Positions 1 through 14,668 of a DNA stretch of 64,000 bases are shown one piece after another; the stretch's first letter is position 1; each line of letters begins with the position of its first letter. The stretch comes from Macrostomum lignano (Eukaryota). Made by a program: the position numbers and the translations under genes. Below the pieces are notes generated by a model. The model saw nothing but the letters and a program-made list of their open reading frames with translations. It did not search any database and was not told where the DNA came from. The stretch spans positions 124,001-188,000 of the forward strand of contig NIVC01000100.1 of assembly GCA_002269645.1 (NCBI GenBank), given 5' to 3'.

Positions 1-360
1 TATTGGGGATTCGGGGCATTGGGGATTTAGGAGTATTGGGGATTTGGGAGTATTGGGGATTCGGGGCATTGGGGATTTAGGAGTATTGGGGATTTGGGAG
101 TATTGGGGTTCGGGGCATTGGGGATTTGAGAGTATTGGGGATTTGGGGTATTGGGAATTTGGGAGTATTGGGGATTTGGGGTGTTGGGGATTTGGGAGTA
201 TTGTGGATTTGAGAGTATTGGGGATTTGGGGTATTGGGGAGTATTGGGGATTTAGGGGTATCGGGATTTTGGGATATTAGGGATTTAGGGGATATTGGGA
301 ATTTAAGGGTATTTGGAATTTAGGGGTATTGGTTGGGGATTTGGGGATATTAGGTATTTA
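1..360. repeat. Degenerate G-rich minisatellite (TATTGGGGATTTGGGAG-like, ~17-18 bp), probably intronic to the kelch gene
   Basis: Recurrent TATTGGGGATTT/GGGAG units. The ORF at 44-280 is only the translated repeat. Confidence 0.85.
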
Positions 361-521
361 AAGGTATTAAAGAGTTGGGCGCCCCTGTCTCCTGATAGGT
401 GATCTAATCCCTATTTACGGGAGCTCCTGTCATTCAACGTTATGTCTGGTTTCCCTTTCCATTCAGTTTTTGGAGCAGGTCACATTGTCTCACCGTGTGT
501 CCTTACCCCCCCCCCTCACAG

Positions 522-1777
<1,256 letters not shown>

Positions 1778-1916
1778 TTGCCGTGTTGTACATTGTGCAT
1801 ACATCTATTGTTGCAGTCTGTGCCTATTTGAAAATAATATGTGTTTTATTGCTTGAGAGAATGTACTTTAAGGCAATTTATGTCCCAACGGACTAATTTA
1901 TTTAATCCACAATTAA

Positions 1917-2560
1917 TGCAACCTTGAGAATCGCCCCATACAGCATTTGAGAATCGCCCCGACAACCTTGAGAATCGCCCCAGAAAACACTGAGAATCAC
2001 CCAGACAACCTTGGGAATCGCCCCAGACAACCTTGGGAATCACCCCAGACAACCTTGGGAATCACCCCAGACAACCTTGAGAATCGCCCCGCCCCAGACA
2101 ACCTTGAGAATCGCCCCTCCCCAGACAACCTTGGGAATCACCCCAGACAACCTTGGGAATCACCCCAGACAACCTCGGGAATCACCCCAGACAACCTTGA
2201 GAATCGCCCCAGACAACCTTGAGAATCGCCCCAGACAACCTTGATAATCGCCCCAGACAACCTTGAGAATCACCCCAGACAACCTTGAGAATCGCCCCAG
2301 ACAACCTTGGGAATCGCCCCGCCCCAGACAGCCTTGAGAATCACCCCAGACAACCTTGGGAATCACCCCAGACAACCTTGAGAATCGCCCCGCCGCAGAC
2401 AACCTTGAGAATCGCCCCGCCCCAGACAACCTTGAGAATCACCCAGACACCTTGAGAAGAGAATCTGCACCTCAGACAACCTTAAGAATCGCCCCAGACA
2501 ACCTCAAAAATCGCTTCAGACAACCTTGAGAATCGCCCTACACATCAGTGAAAATCGCCT
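1917..2560. repeat. 22-bp minisatellite (AACCTTGAGAATCGCCCCAGAC)
   Basis: Tandem units read directly between the kelch stop codon and the EndoG start. Confidence 0.93.
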
Positions 2561-3233
2561 TAGACAAACTGTACGGTTTATTTTCTGTACTAATTTTTTT
2601 TAATTCAAACAATTTATGTGGTTTCACTTAACCTACTTTGAGTAGTTTGGCTAGCTAGTTTTTACAGTAGCCTGTCTTTCTCTGTCCACCCCTAGCACTA
2701 TTGAAACTGTTTTTTAATACCCCTACTTAAAATGAATATTTGTTTAATATTTGTTAACTAAACTAATTTACAATCTGACCTGTAAAAGACTAATAAGCAA
2801 CCTTGTTAAGATTTTCCATTCTATGGTCTGAAATTCTTTGCATTCTACTCCATAAGTAGTAGTTTTTGTATAGGGCGTTCATAATTTATTTCGATTCTCA
2901 TATATTCAGATATTTGATATCTCCAAATGAATAAATATCAATTGACTTGCGTATCCATGCAGATTATTATGCAAATATTTTACAAAATATACAAATGTAC
3001 TCTGATTTAAAAATTTGTATTATATAAAACAATTGATAAGTTTATATGTGCACGGAATACTTTGATTTTTAAAAAATGCTCTCGATTTCTTTGAATCTCA
3101 GTTCGCTTAGTTATTTAGTAAAAAAAGTTGTCAATATATCGATAGAAAATAGTTTTTTTACGCTTACCTACTTGAAGTAGCAAGAAAGAATTTTACAATC
3201 GGAATTAGTTTTTCCCGCAAAAATAAATAATTT

Positions 3234-4987
3234 ATGTCGCAAAAAATCTTACTAAAAGCGGCAGCTGCCGCAGGCAGTTTATTATCAGCCGGTTTCGTTG
3301 GCTACTCAATCGGCAAAGACGGTAATAAATCTGAATTTCGAGCAGGCGCTGTAGCCAATGCTTCAACTAGTTCGTCACAGAACGCCCTGTTGCCAATGCC
3401 AACAACTCAGTTGCCTAGCAACTCCAATAGTCGAGCCCAACAGATTCTGCGTTTCGGCTCGCCAACAACAGATTCTAATGTGAAACTATTCGACGATTAT
3501 GTGCTGGCTTACGACAGGAGACTTCGAATACCTGCGTGGGTTGTTGAACGACTCGATAATCAGAGCCGACCGAATCCGGCCTCAACCAGTTCGGTTGTGG
3601 ACCGAGCCGGATTCGAGTTCTATGAGGATTTGGCCCAGCATCCGTATTTTCGGGCCAGCAACTCTGACTATGCCGGAAGCGGCTACGACCGAGGGCACAT
3701 GGCGGCTGCTGGCAACCACAAGAGCAGCAGTGCGTCCTGTCTGCAGACTTTCATTCTCAGCAATATCTGTCCACAGGTGAGAGATGTCATCATCAAACTC
3801 GTCATTACATTATACAAAACTTTTCGGAATTGGCTTTTGAAAAAAAGTACAAACCGAAAAGTCTCACAAAATCACATTTGGAATCGCCGTTCTTTAAAAT
3901 CGGCTCTAAATCTTCTTTTAAAAGACGCCTTTAAATCCCCTTGGTAATCGCTTCTAAATTTTCTTAAGAATCGCCCCAAAATCCATCAAAATTGCCTCTA
4001 AATCCCCTTGATAATCGCCTCTAAATCCCCTTGATAAGGGCCCTAAATCCCCTTGATAAGGGCCCCTAAATCCCCTTGATAATCGCCTCTAAATCTCCTT
4101 GATAATCGCCTCTAAATCCCCTTGATAAGGACATCTTAATCCCCTTGATAAGGGCCCCTAAATCCCCTTGACAAGGGCCCCTAAATCCCCTTGACAAGGG
4201 CCCCTAAATCCCCTTGATAAGGGCCCCTAAATCCCCTTGATAAGGGCCCCTAAATCCCCTTGATTAGGGCATCTAAATCCCCTTGATAAGGGCCCCTAAA
4301 TCCCCTTGATAAGGGCATCTTAATCCCCTTGATAAGGGCCCCTAAATCCCCTTGATAAGGGCCCCTAAATCCCCTTGATTAGGGCATCTAAATCCCCTTG
4401 ATAAGGGCCCCTAAATCCCCTTGATTAGGGCATCTAAATCCCCTTGATAAGGGCCCCTAAATCCCCTTGATTAGGGCATCTACTAAATCCCCTTGATAAG
4501 GGCCCCTAAATCCCCTCAAAAATCGTTTCTAAATCAACCTTGAAAATCATCTCTAAATCTCCTTTGAATATCGCCCCTAAAATGGCAGGTAGGCAACGGC
4601 TTCAACCGGCACCTGTGGAACAGTCTCGAACGCTACATACGCAGTCTAACCAAGCACTACTCAGCCGTATACGTGTGCACCGGCCCCCTATTCCTGCCTA
4701 CTCAACACTCCGGTTCTAAACGAAAATTTGTTCAATACGAAGTTCTTGGCAGCAATTCTGTTGCTGTGCCAACTCACTTCTTCAAAGTGGTGCTGCTTGA
4801 GACACCTGCCCAGCAGTTTGAGCTGCTCTGCTATCTGGTGCCGAACATGGCTCACCCGGTGAACCCAGAGCCCAGTCTCGACCTGTTTCTCGTGCCGCTT
4901 GACGCCATTGAACGGGCGGCTGGTTTTCTTATATTCGATCAGGTTCAGAAAAGTCGAATTGTTCGAGTTAATAAGCAACCGGTCTGA
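3234..4987 (+). CDS. ENDOG: Mitochondrial endonuclease G (DNA/RNA non-specific ββα-Me nuclease), 2 exons
   Basis: Exon 1 is 3234-3776 (donor gtgaga) and exon 2 is 4589-4987 (acceptor cag 4586-4588), joined in phase 0 as SNICPQ|VGNGFNRHLWNSLE. It contains the catalytic motif GYDRGHMAAAGNH plus YVCTGPLFLP and VAVPTHFFKV, all typical of EndoG. The N-terminus is basic and Ala-rich, consistent with a mitochondrial presequence (inference). Confidence 0.93.
3985..4520. repeat. 23-bp minisatellite (CCCCTTGATAAGGGCCCCTAAAT) in the EndoG intron
   Basis: Tandem units, each with a CCCTT-GAT-AAGGG stem-loop. Confidence 0.93.
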
Positions 4988-5127
4988 GCTTGTTTGTTAA
5001 TTCTTAGTAAAAATATATGCTTTCAATTATAGCTCGTAGCTCTTAGTTTCAATTTTACATACTTTGTGTATCTGTTGTCCGCTGCACAGACAAAATGGAA
5101 TCTTGTCTTTTGTTTAAGTACTTTTTC

Positions 5128-5940
5128 GTTGCTGGGCCAGCCTCCCAGATCCTCAGTTGCTGGGCCAGCCTCTCAGATCCTCAGTTGCTGGGCCAGCTGG
5201 GCCAGCTTCTCAGATCCTCAGTTGCTGGGCCAGCCTCTCAGATCCTCAGTTGCTGGGCCAGCTGGGCCAGCTTCTCAGATCCTCAGTTGCTGGGCCAGCT
5301 TCTCAGATCCTCAGTTGCTGGGCCAGCTGGGCCAGCTTCTCAGATCCTCAGTTGCTGGGCCAGCTGGGCCAGCTTCTCAGATCCTCAGTTGCTGGGCCAG
5401 CTGGGCCAGCTTCTCAGATCCTCAGTTGCTGGGCCAGCTGGGCCAGCTTCTCAGATCCTCAGTTGCTGGGCCAGCTGGGCCAGCTTCTCAGATCCTCAGT
5501 TGCTGAGCCAGCTGGGCCAGCATCTCAGATCCTCAGTTGCTGGGCCAGCTTCTCAGATCCTCAGTTGCTGGGCCAGCTGGGCCAGCTTCTCAGATCCTCA
5601 GTTGCTGGGCCAGCTGGGCCAGCTTCTCAGATCCTCAGTTGCTGGGCCAGCTGGGCCAGCTTCTCAGATCCTCAGTTGCTGGGCCAGCCTCTCAGATCCT
5701 CAGTTTCTGGGCCATCTCCGCGCTCTCAGATCCTCAGTTTCTGGGCCATCTCCGCGCTCTCAGATCCTCAGTTGCTGGGCCAGCCTCCCAAATCCTCAGT
5801 TGCTGGGCCAGCCTCTCAGATCCTCAGTTGCTGGGCCAGCCTCCCAAATCCTCAGTTGCTGGGCCAGCCTCCCAAATCCTCAGTTGCTGGGCCAGCCTCT
5901 CAGATCCTCAGTTGCTGGACCATCTCCGCGCTCTCAGATC
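5128..5940 (+). repeat. GC-rich minisatellite family with core CAGTTGCTGGGCCAGC (24/33-bp units)
   Basis: Tandem CTCAGATCCTCAGTTGCTGGGCCAG(CTGGGCCAG)C units. The same family occurs inverted at 51.9-52.7 kb and 55.3-55.7 kb. Confidence 0.93.
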
Positions 5941-6604
5941 CTCATTCCAGCCTTTTCCAATACAATCTGCGTCAGTAATAAAGTTAAAACTTTAATCTTT
6001 GACTCGGCTTGTATTACGTCAAACGCAGAAAAAACATTTCAGGTGAAAAAGCAAGTGAAGCCGAAATTTTGCTCTAGCAAAAACTTTTTAATTACCGACT
6101 GCCCAGGCAAGCTTACAGCTGAAAGCTTGAAGGAAAATTATTATAATTTCTCCGAGGACAAAGAAGCCCTTTAAAGCTGCTGTTTATTAAAAAAATGTTT
6201 TTCGCCTTCGAAGCCTATGACGTGTTCGTTAACCTGAAGAATTTGTTGCTACGAGTAGACCGGAAGAGTTAAAGTCCGCTGAAAGAGTAGGGATTCTTTT
6301 TAGTTAAAAAAATCGCGACACACGAAAGGTATGCAATCAAGCACCGCTAATCCTGGTCTAATCCATTCAGATGAAGCTTTTGCTGGGTTCATAATCCATT
6401 TTGTCTATGTAGACTAATTCCTACTTAAAAGGATAAGCCTTTGTGTAATGCGCAGTTCCGTGAAACAATCTGCATGTAGCAGTCTAGCCACAGTTGTCAA
6501 TCAGCCTGATAAATCCTGTTGCCCACTAATTTTCGGTGTCCTAAAGTGGGCCAACGAAAATCATAAATCTCTATTTTCTCCTAAAATCTGCACACGAACC
6601 CCCC

Positions 6605-7972
6605 ACACAGCACCCATAGACACACACAGCACCTATAGACACACACAGCACCCACAGACACACAGCACCTATAGACACACAGCACCCATAGACACACACA
6701 GAACCCATAGACACACAGCACCCATAGACACAGCACCCATAGACACACAGCACCCATAGACACACAGCACCCATAGACACACACAGCACCCACAGACACA
6801 CAGCACCCATAGACACACACACACAGCACCCATAGACACACACACACAGCACCCATAGACACACAGCACCTATAGACACACAGCACCCATAGACACACAC
6901 AGCACCCACAGACACACAGCACCTATAGACACACAGCACCCATAGACACACACAGAACCCATAGACACACACAGCACCCATAGACACAGCACCCATAGAC
7001 ACACAGCACCCATAGACACACACAGCACCCATAGACATACACAGCACCCATAGACACACACAGCACCCATAGACACACACAGCACCCATAGACACACACA
7101 GCACCCATAGACACACACAGCACCCATAGACACACACAGCACCCATCGACACACACAGCACCCACAGACACACAGCACCCATAGACATACACAGCACCCA
7201 TAGACATACACAGCACCCATAGACATACTCGGAACCCATAGACATCCATAGCACCCATAGACACACACAGAACCCATAGACACACACAGAACCCATAGAC
7301 ACACACAGAACCCATAGACACACAGCACCCATAGACACAGCACCCATAGACACACAGCACCCATAGACACACAGCACCCATAGACACACACAGCACCCAC
7401 AGACACACAGCACCCATAGACACACACACACAGCACCCATAGACACACACACACAGCACCCATAGACACACACAGCACCCACAGACACACAGCACCTATA
7501 GACACACAGCACCCATAGACACACACAGAACCCATAGACACACACAGCACCCATAGACACAGCACCCATAGACACACAGCACCCATAGACACACACAGCA
7601 CCCATAGACATACACAGCACCCATAGACACACACAGCACCCATAGACACACACAGCACCCATAGACACACACAGCACCCATAGACACACACAGCACCCAT
7701 AGACACACACAGCACCCATCGACACACACAGCACCCACAGACACACAGCACCCATAGACATACACAGCACCCATAGACATACTCGGAACCCATAGACATC
7801 CATAGCACCCATAGACACACACAGAACCCATAGACACACACAGAACCCATAGACACACACAGAACCCATAGACACACACAGCACCCATAGACACACACAG
7901 AACCCATAGACATCCATAGCACCCATAGACCCACACAGAACCCATAGACACACACAGAACCCATAGACACAC
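6605..7972. repeat. Minisatellite CACAGCACCCATAGA(CA)n, ~17-23 bp units
   Basis: Tandem units. The variant GACATACTCGGAACCCATAGACATCC recurs about 550 bp apart, indicating an internal block duplication. Confidence 0.95.
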
Positions 7973-8251
7973 GCAGCGTAGTAGTATGAAAATGGTACAG
8001 TATGGCGCACGTCGCTGATTGGCTGGCTAATGGGTGCTGGCCCATGGGTGTCTATGGGTGCTGGGCTGGCCAATCAGCGAGGGGGAGCCAATCAGCGATG
8101 AGGCCCCGGGGGCGGGGCAGGCTGAGGGAGGTGGCAGGCCCAGAGGTGGGGTCCGGCAGGCCCAGGGATGGGGTCCAGCAAGCCTAGGGGTGGGGTCGAG
8201 CAGCCAAGGGTAGGGTCGAGCAGGCCAGATGAGGGGTCGGGCAGTTAAGTA

Positions 8252-8447
8252 AGCCATAGCCACATCCATAGCCACAGCCACAGCCATAGCCACAGTCATT
8301 GCCACAGCCATAGCCACAGCCATTGCCACAGAAAGCCATAGCCACAGTCATAGCCACAGCCACAGCCATAGCCACAGCCATTGCCACAGAAAGCCATAGC
8401 CACAGCCATAGCCACAGCCACAGCCATAGCCACAGCCACAGCCATAG
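8252..8447. repeat. Hexamer repeat (GCCACA/GCCATA)n
   Basis: Read directly. Confidence 0.9.
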
Positions 8448-8896
8448 CGAATATGAACGAATTTGATCTCAATTCGATAGCCCTAGCCATCTCTCAATTC
8501 GAAAGAGGTGAAGTGATGAGGAAATCAGTCGATTTTCTTCATTTTGTTCCATCATAAATCATTTCGTCAATTGATTACAGTCCGCACAAGCAGATGTAGG
8601 CAAATTGATTTAACCTAAATTCCATATCGCATCTCTCACGGGATTCTGATTGAGGATTCAACCGAACGAAGGATTCCAGAAGTGCTTCGAGTGGCCATGC
8701 AGCTGTAGCAGCTATGCGTGCATGGACACTTTTCCTGCACCGTACTTGACTGCTTTGGAAAATTGCTCTGTCAATATTATATGTATGTGCATAGTTACTG
8801 GGATCTGGTGCATTGCACTGCATGCGGCTGGTACCAATGTCTACAGCTGACTGTCTGTAGATTTCTTCTGATCCAGTCTGAAAACCATCTAAAGAT

Positions 8897-9561
8897 TCAA
8901 TCTAGTAGACATCTACAGATTCAATCTACTAGACATCTACAGATTCAATCTAGTAGACATCTACAGATTCAATCTACTAGACATCTACAGATTCAATCTA
9001 GTAGACATCTACAGATTCAATCTACTAGACATCTACAGATTCAATCTAGTAGACATCTACAGATTCAATCTACTAGACATCTACAGATTCAATCTAGTAG
9101 ACATCTACAGATTCAATCTACTAGACATCTACAGATTCAATCTAGTAGACATCTACAGATTCAATCTAGTAGACATCTACAGATTCAATCTACTAGACAT
9201 CTACAGATTCAATCTAGTAGACATCTACAGATTCAATCTACTAGACATCTATAGATTCAACCTACTAAACACTCAGATTCAAGCTGCTGAATGTCTATAG
9301 ATTTAGTCAATTCTTTATAGTAGACATCTATAGATTTAATCTACTAGACATGTACAGATTCAACCTACTAAACACTCAGATTCAAGCTGCTGAATGTCTA
9401 TAGATTCTATCATTCCTTTATAGTAGGCATCTATAGATTCTATCATTCCTTTATAGTAGGCATCTGTAGATTCAATCTACTAGACATCTAAAGATTCAAT
9501 CTACTAAACACCTATAGATTTAAGCTGCTCAATGTCTATAGATTCCATCAATCTTTTATAG
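8897..9561. repeat. 24-bp minisatellite (ACATCTACAGATTCAATCTAGTAG) and degenerate tail, left part of an array interrupted by the Helitron-like insertion
   Basis: The same degenerate repeat resumes at 20729-20860. Confidence 0.9.
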
Positions 9562-10102
9562 TCTAATATACTAAAAATGAAATGCTTGGTTGCTTGCTTG
9601 TAATTGATTTTCTCCCGAACGGCTCAACCGATTTTCTTCAAACTTGCACCATTCGATCAGAAATTTTCCCGGGACGGTACATGCATATTGGCTAAGAAAT
9701 TGCTCAATGTTAAAGGGATTAAATATTCGAAAAACATGATTTTTTGCAAAGGTCAAGCAGCTCTTTCGACCTGAAATGCATTGTAAGAATGCTAGAGAAA
9801 AATCTGACTGGTTGAATTCTGATTCTGAAATAGATTGCATCACAATACACTTTATTTATCGTCTGTGTACTGGCTGAATTTGACACTCAATTGAATTGCG
9901 TCACAGCTTTGAGGGTGAAAGTATAGTGCAGTACTGAATTTATATTACGTAACCATATTGTTAACTTTCATAGACACTGGTACTGACTTGCCTAAGAAAT
10001 TGATTATGTCATAACTGCTTCGCGTGACTTTTTACTCTACCTGACTTGGTGTGAGTGTTGAATTAATTATATAAGTGGTACAAATTCACTGATAACTTCG
10101 AT

Positions 10103-10200
10103 GAGAGCTAGCCTAGAGCTGAGCAGACCAGACTGCTAATGCAGCGACCTGGGTTCGAATCTAATCTAAGTAGTTTAAAAGTAGTAGTGTAAAATTTTTT
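10103..10200 (+). other. tRNA-like Pol III cassette (A box, CTGCTAA anticodon-like loop, B box GGTTCGAATC, T tract); copies at ~10103, ~12858, ~15755, ~17451
   Basis: GAGAGCTAGCCTAGAG..CAGAC..GACTGCTAATGCAG..GGTTCGAATC, followed ~35 nt later by TTTTTT. No complete acceptor stem could be drawn, so it is not called a tRNA. Confidence 0.5.
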
Positions 10201-10239
10201 ATTAAAAGCTTTTATTAAAGGACTAAATAAAAACACTTA

Positions 10240-12570
10240 GATTACTGCACTCGATAAGCTAAGGATTATTGCTCTTGGCAAACCAAGGAATACTGCACTC
10301 GATAAGCCAAGGATTATTGCTCTTGGCAAACCAAGGATTACTGCACTCGATAAGCCAAGGATTATTGCTATTAATAAACCAAGGATTACTGCACTCATAA
10401 GCCATGGATTATTGCTATTAATAAACCAAGGATTACTGCACTCGATAAGCCAAGGATTATTGCAATTAATAAACCAAGGATTACTGCACTCGATAAACCA
10501 AGGATTATTGCTATTAATAAACCAAGGATTACTGCACTCGATAAGCCAAGGACTATTGCTATTAATAAACCAAGGATTACTGCACTCAATAAACCAAGGA
10601 CTATTGCTCTTGGCAAACCAAGGATTACTGCACTCGATAAGCCAAGGACTATTGCTCTTGGCAAACCAAGGATTACTGCACTCGATAAGCCATGGATTAT
10701 TGCTATTAATAAACCAAGGATTACTGCACTCGATAAGCCAAGGATTATTGCTATTAATAAACTAAGGATTACTGCACTCGATAAACCAAGGATTATTGCT
10801 ATTAATAAACCAAGGATTATGCACTTGGCAAACCAAGGATTACTGCAATCGATAAGCCAAGGATTATTGCTATTAATAAACCAAGCATTACTGCACTCAA
10901 TAAACCAAGGACTATTGCTATTAATAAACCAAGGATTACTGCACTCAAAAAACCAAGGACTATTGCTCTTGGCAAACCAAGGATTACTGCACTCGATAAG
11001 CCAAGGATTATTGCTATTAATAAACCAAGGATTACTGCACTCAATAAACCAAGGACTATTGCTCTTGGCAAACCAAGGATTACTGCACTCGATAAGCCAA
11101 GGACTATTGCTCTTGGCAAACCAAGGATTACTGCACTCGATAAGCCAAGGATTATTGCTATTAATAAACCAAGGATTACTGCACTCATAAGCCATGGATT
11201 ATTGCTATTAATAAACCAAGGATTACTGCACTCGATAAGCCAAGGATTATTGCAATTAATAAACCAAGGATTACTGCACTCGATAAACCAAGGATTATTG
11301 CTATTAATAAACCAAGGATTACTGCACTCGATAAGCCAAGGACTATTGCTATTAATAAACCAAGGATTACTGCACTCAATAAACCAAGGACTATTGCTCT
11401 TGGCAAACCAAGGATTACTGCACTCGATAAGCCAAGGACTATTGCTCTTGGCAAACCAAGGATTACTGCACTCGATAAGCCATGGATTATTGCTATTAAT
11501 AAACCAAGGATTACTGCACTCGATAAGCCAAGGATTATTGCTATTAATAAACTAAGGATTACTGCACTCGATAAACCAAGGATTATTGCTATTAATAAAC
11601 CAAGGATTATGCACTTGGCAAACCAAGGATTACTGCAATCGATAAGCCAAGGATTATTGCTATTAATAAACCATGAATTACTGCACTCGATAAGCCAAGG
11701 ATTATTGCTATTAATAAACCAAGGATTACTGCACTCAAAAAACCAAGGACTATTGCTCTTGGCAAACCAAGGATTACTGCACTCGATAAGCCAAGGATTA
11801 TTGCTATTAATAAACCAAGGATTACTGCACTCAATAAACCAAGGACTATTGCTCTTGGCAAACCAAGGATTACTGCACTCGATAAGCCAAGGACTATTGC
11901 TCTTGGCAAACCAAGGATTACTGCACTCGATAAGCCATGGATTATTGCTATTAATAAACCAAGGATTACTGCACTCGATAAGCCAAGGATTATTGCTATT
12001 AATAAACCAAGGATTACTGCACTCGATAAACCAAGGATTATGCACTTGGCAAACCAAGGATTACTGCACTCGATAAGCCAAGGATTATTGCTATTAATAA
12101 ACCAAGGATTACTGCACTCAATAAACCAAGGACTATTGCTATTAATAAACCAAGGATTACTGCACTCAATAAACCAAGGACTATTGCTCTTGGCAAACCA
12201 AGGATTACTGCACTCGATAAGCCAAGGACTATTGCTCTTGGCAAACCAAGGATTACTGCACTCGATAAGCCATGGATTATTGCTATTAATAAACCATGAA
12301 TTACTGCACTCGATAAGCCAAGGATTATTGCTATTAATAAACCAAGGATTACTGCACTCGATAAGGCATGGATTATTGCTATTAATAAACCAAGGATTAC
12401 TGCACTCGATAAGCCAAGGATTATTGCTATTAATAAACCATGAATTACTGCACTCGATAAGCCAAGGATTATTGCTATTAATAAACCAAGGATTACTGCA
12501 CTCGATAAGCCATGGATTATTGCTATTAATAAACCAAGGATTACTGCACTCGATAGCCAAGGATTACTGC
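10240..12570. repeat. 48-bp satellite (dimer of 24-bp CCAAGGATTA.. subunits) inside Helitron-like copy 1
   Basis: CCAAGGATTACTGCACTCGATAAG + CCAAGGATTATTGCTATTAATAAA. A 790-bp block duplication shows up as identical ORFs at 10412 and 11202. Confidence 0.95.
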
Positions 12571-12976
12571 GCTTGATAAGCTTGGCTACATGTATAGGAT
12601 TATTTCTATCCAGGGATGCTTGCTATTTAGGGATTCTTGCTATGTGCAGGATGCTTGCTATCTGGAAGGATGCTTCTACATTATTTGGGGTATGCTTGCT
12701 ATCTGCAAGATGCTTGCTATCTGCAAGATGCTTGCTATCTGCAGATGCTTGCTATCTGGGTGGATGCTTGCTAGGAGTATTAGGGGATGCTTGCTACTGG
12801 GGGGATGCTTGCTGTCTTGGGAATATTTTCTATTTAGGGGTAATGACTAAAATTCATGAGAGCTAGCCTAGAGGTAAACAGACTAAACTGCTAAATGCAG
12901 GGACGATGGTTCGAATTTTTAGAGAGTAGAGTTTTTTTAATTAAAGCCTTTTAACGCCAAGACAAAAAAAATTATG

Positions 12977-13690
12977 GAAGCGTCATGTAAACAATCATAC
13001 AAGCGTCATGTAAACAATCATAGAAGCGTCATGTAAACAATCATAGAAGCGTCATGTAAAAATCATAGAAGCGTCATGTAAAAATCATAGAAGCGTAATG
13101 TAAACAATCATAGAAGCGTCATGTTAAAATCATAAAAGCGTCATGTAAACAATCATACAAGCGTCATGTAAACAATCATAGAAGCGTCATGTAAAAAAAT
13201 CATAGAAGCGTCATGTTAAAATCATAAAAGCGTCATAAAAAATCATAGAAGCGTCATGCAAGCAATCATAGAAGCGTAATGTAAACAATCATAGAAGCGT
13301 CATGTTAAAATCATACAAGCGTCATGTAAACAATCATACAAGCGTCATGTAAACAATCATAGAAGCGTCATGTAAAAAAATCATAGAAGCGTCATGTTAA
13401 AATCATAGAAGCGTCATGTAAACAATCATAGAAGCGTCATGTAAACAATCATAGAAGCGTCATGTAAAAATCATAGAAGCGTCATGTAAAAATCATAGAA
13501 GCGTCATGTAAACAATCATAAAAGCGTCATGTAAACAATCATAGAAGCGTCATGTATACAATCATAGAAGCGTCATGTAAACAATCATAGAAGCGTCATG
13601 TAAAAAATCATAGAAGCGTCATGTAAAAATCATAGAAGCGTCATGTAAAAATCATAGAAGCGTCATGAAAAAATTATAGAAGCCTCATAT
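12977..13690. repeat. ~23-bp satellite (AATCATAGAAGCGTCATGTAAAC) inside copy 1
   Basis: Tandem units read directly. Confidence 0.95.
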
Positions 13691-14634
13691 AAAAACTAAT
13701 GAAAGTGTGTCATTTAAAAAATTAAGAAGCATCATGGAAGAATAAAAGAAGCGTAACGTAAAAATCAAAAGAAGCGTCATGTCAGACATGAAAGAAATGT
13801 CATATAAAAATTAAATGAAGCTATAGTACAGTGCTGTGCTGGGGAGAATTACTGAGACGTCAAGGCTCACAGAGAATAACTGAGATTACAGGGGGGTTTC
13901 TGAGATGTTAAAGCAAAAGTCAGAAGCTACTTCAAAGTACATGTACTTTACTTAAGTTTTTTATTGCATTCTTTGTTGGCTTGCCACGGTGGGGGGGGGC
14001 GCTGATAGAAGAAGAGTCATGTAAAAATAAAAGGAGCACTATGTATACATAAAATAAAAGTCATGTCAAAGTTAAAAGATTCATTTGGGAATTGCTACGA
14101 TGTCAAAGCTTGGAGGGAATCGTTATAGTGCTGTGATTCTTAAAGAAGGAATCACTTAAATGCCAAGGCTTAGGGAAGAAGAATTGCTGTGATTTCAAGG
14201 CTTTAGGTTGGGTGAAAGTTAGGTTTACGTCAGGTTTGGGTTGAGGGTTAGATTTTAGCGCGTTTCAAGGTTAACAGGGGATTTTTTAGATTTCAAGGTT
14301 TATGGGGGCATCGCTGACATGTCAAGGCTTACGAGGGGAATCTATCTATCTATCTATAGCTGAGATGTCAAGGCTCACGGGGGAATAAATGAGATGTCAA
14401 GGCTAATGTCAGAAGCTACATGTAGTTTATTGGAAAAAAGTTATTACATTATTTGTTGGCTCCTCACGGGAGGGATCGCTGATAGAAAAAGCGTAATGTA
14501 AAAAAAAAGAAGCTTCATGTCAAAGTTAAGAGATTCATTTGGGAATCCCTACGATGTCGAGGCTTGCAGGGAATCGCTATAATGCTGTAGTAGTGCTATA
14601 GACTCTTAGAGAGAATTACTGAAATTTCAATGCT

Positions 14635-14668
14635 TTAGGGTTAGGGTTAGGGTTAGGGTTAGGGTTAG
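14635..14668 (+). repeat. Interstitial telomeric repeat (TTAGGG)5 inside copy 1
   Basis: Five perfect units plus TTAG. Confidence 0.9.

Noticed and set aside
8575-8890. Cys/His-rich short ORFs
   Set aside because: No recognisable zinc-finger spacing or domain, and the frame runs into the 24-bp repeat.
8897-9250. Common origin of the 24-bp repeat (GATTCAATCTA) and the 17-bp satellite (GAATCAATCTA)
   Set aside because: Only a ~10-nt AT-rich word is shared, which is insufficient to claim homology without alignment statistics.
10103-10165. Functional tRNA-Ser(GCT) gene
   Set aside because: It has an anticodon-like loop and a B box, but no acceptor stem or long variable arm could be formed. It is treated as a tRNA-derived cassette.
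5066-12576. Long ORFs (up to 500 aa) in the ORF track across 5-12.5 kb, also at 15.9-17.3, 51.8-52.8 and 57.3-57.7 kb
   Set aside because: They are translations of tandem repeats whose units lack stop codons in some frames. They show no domain content or splice context.
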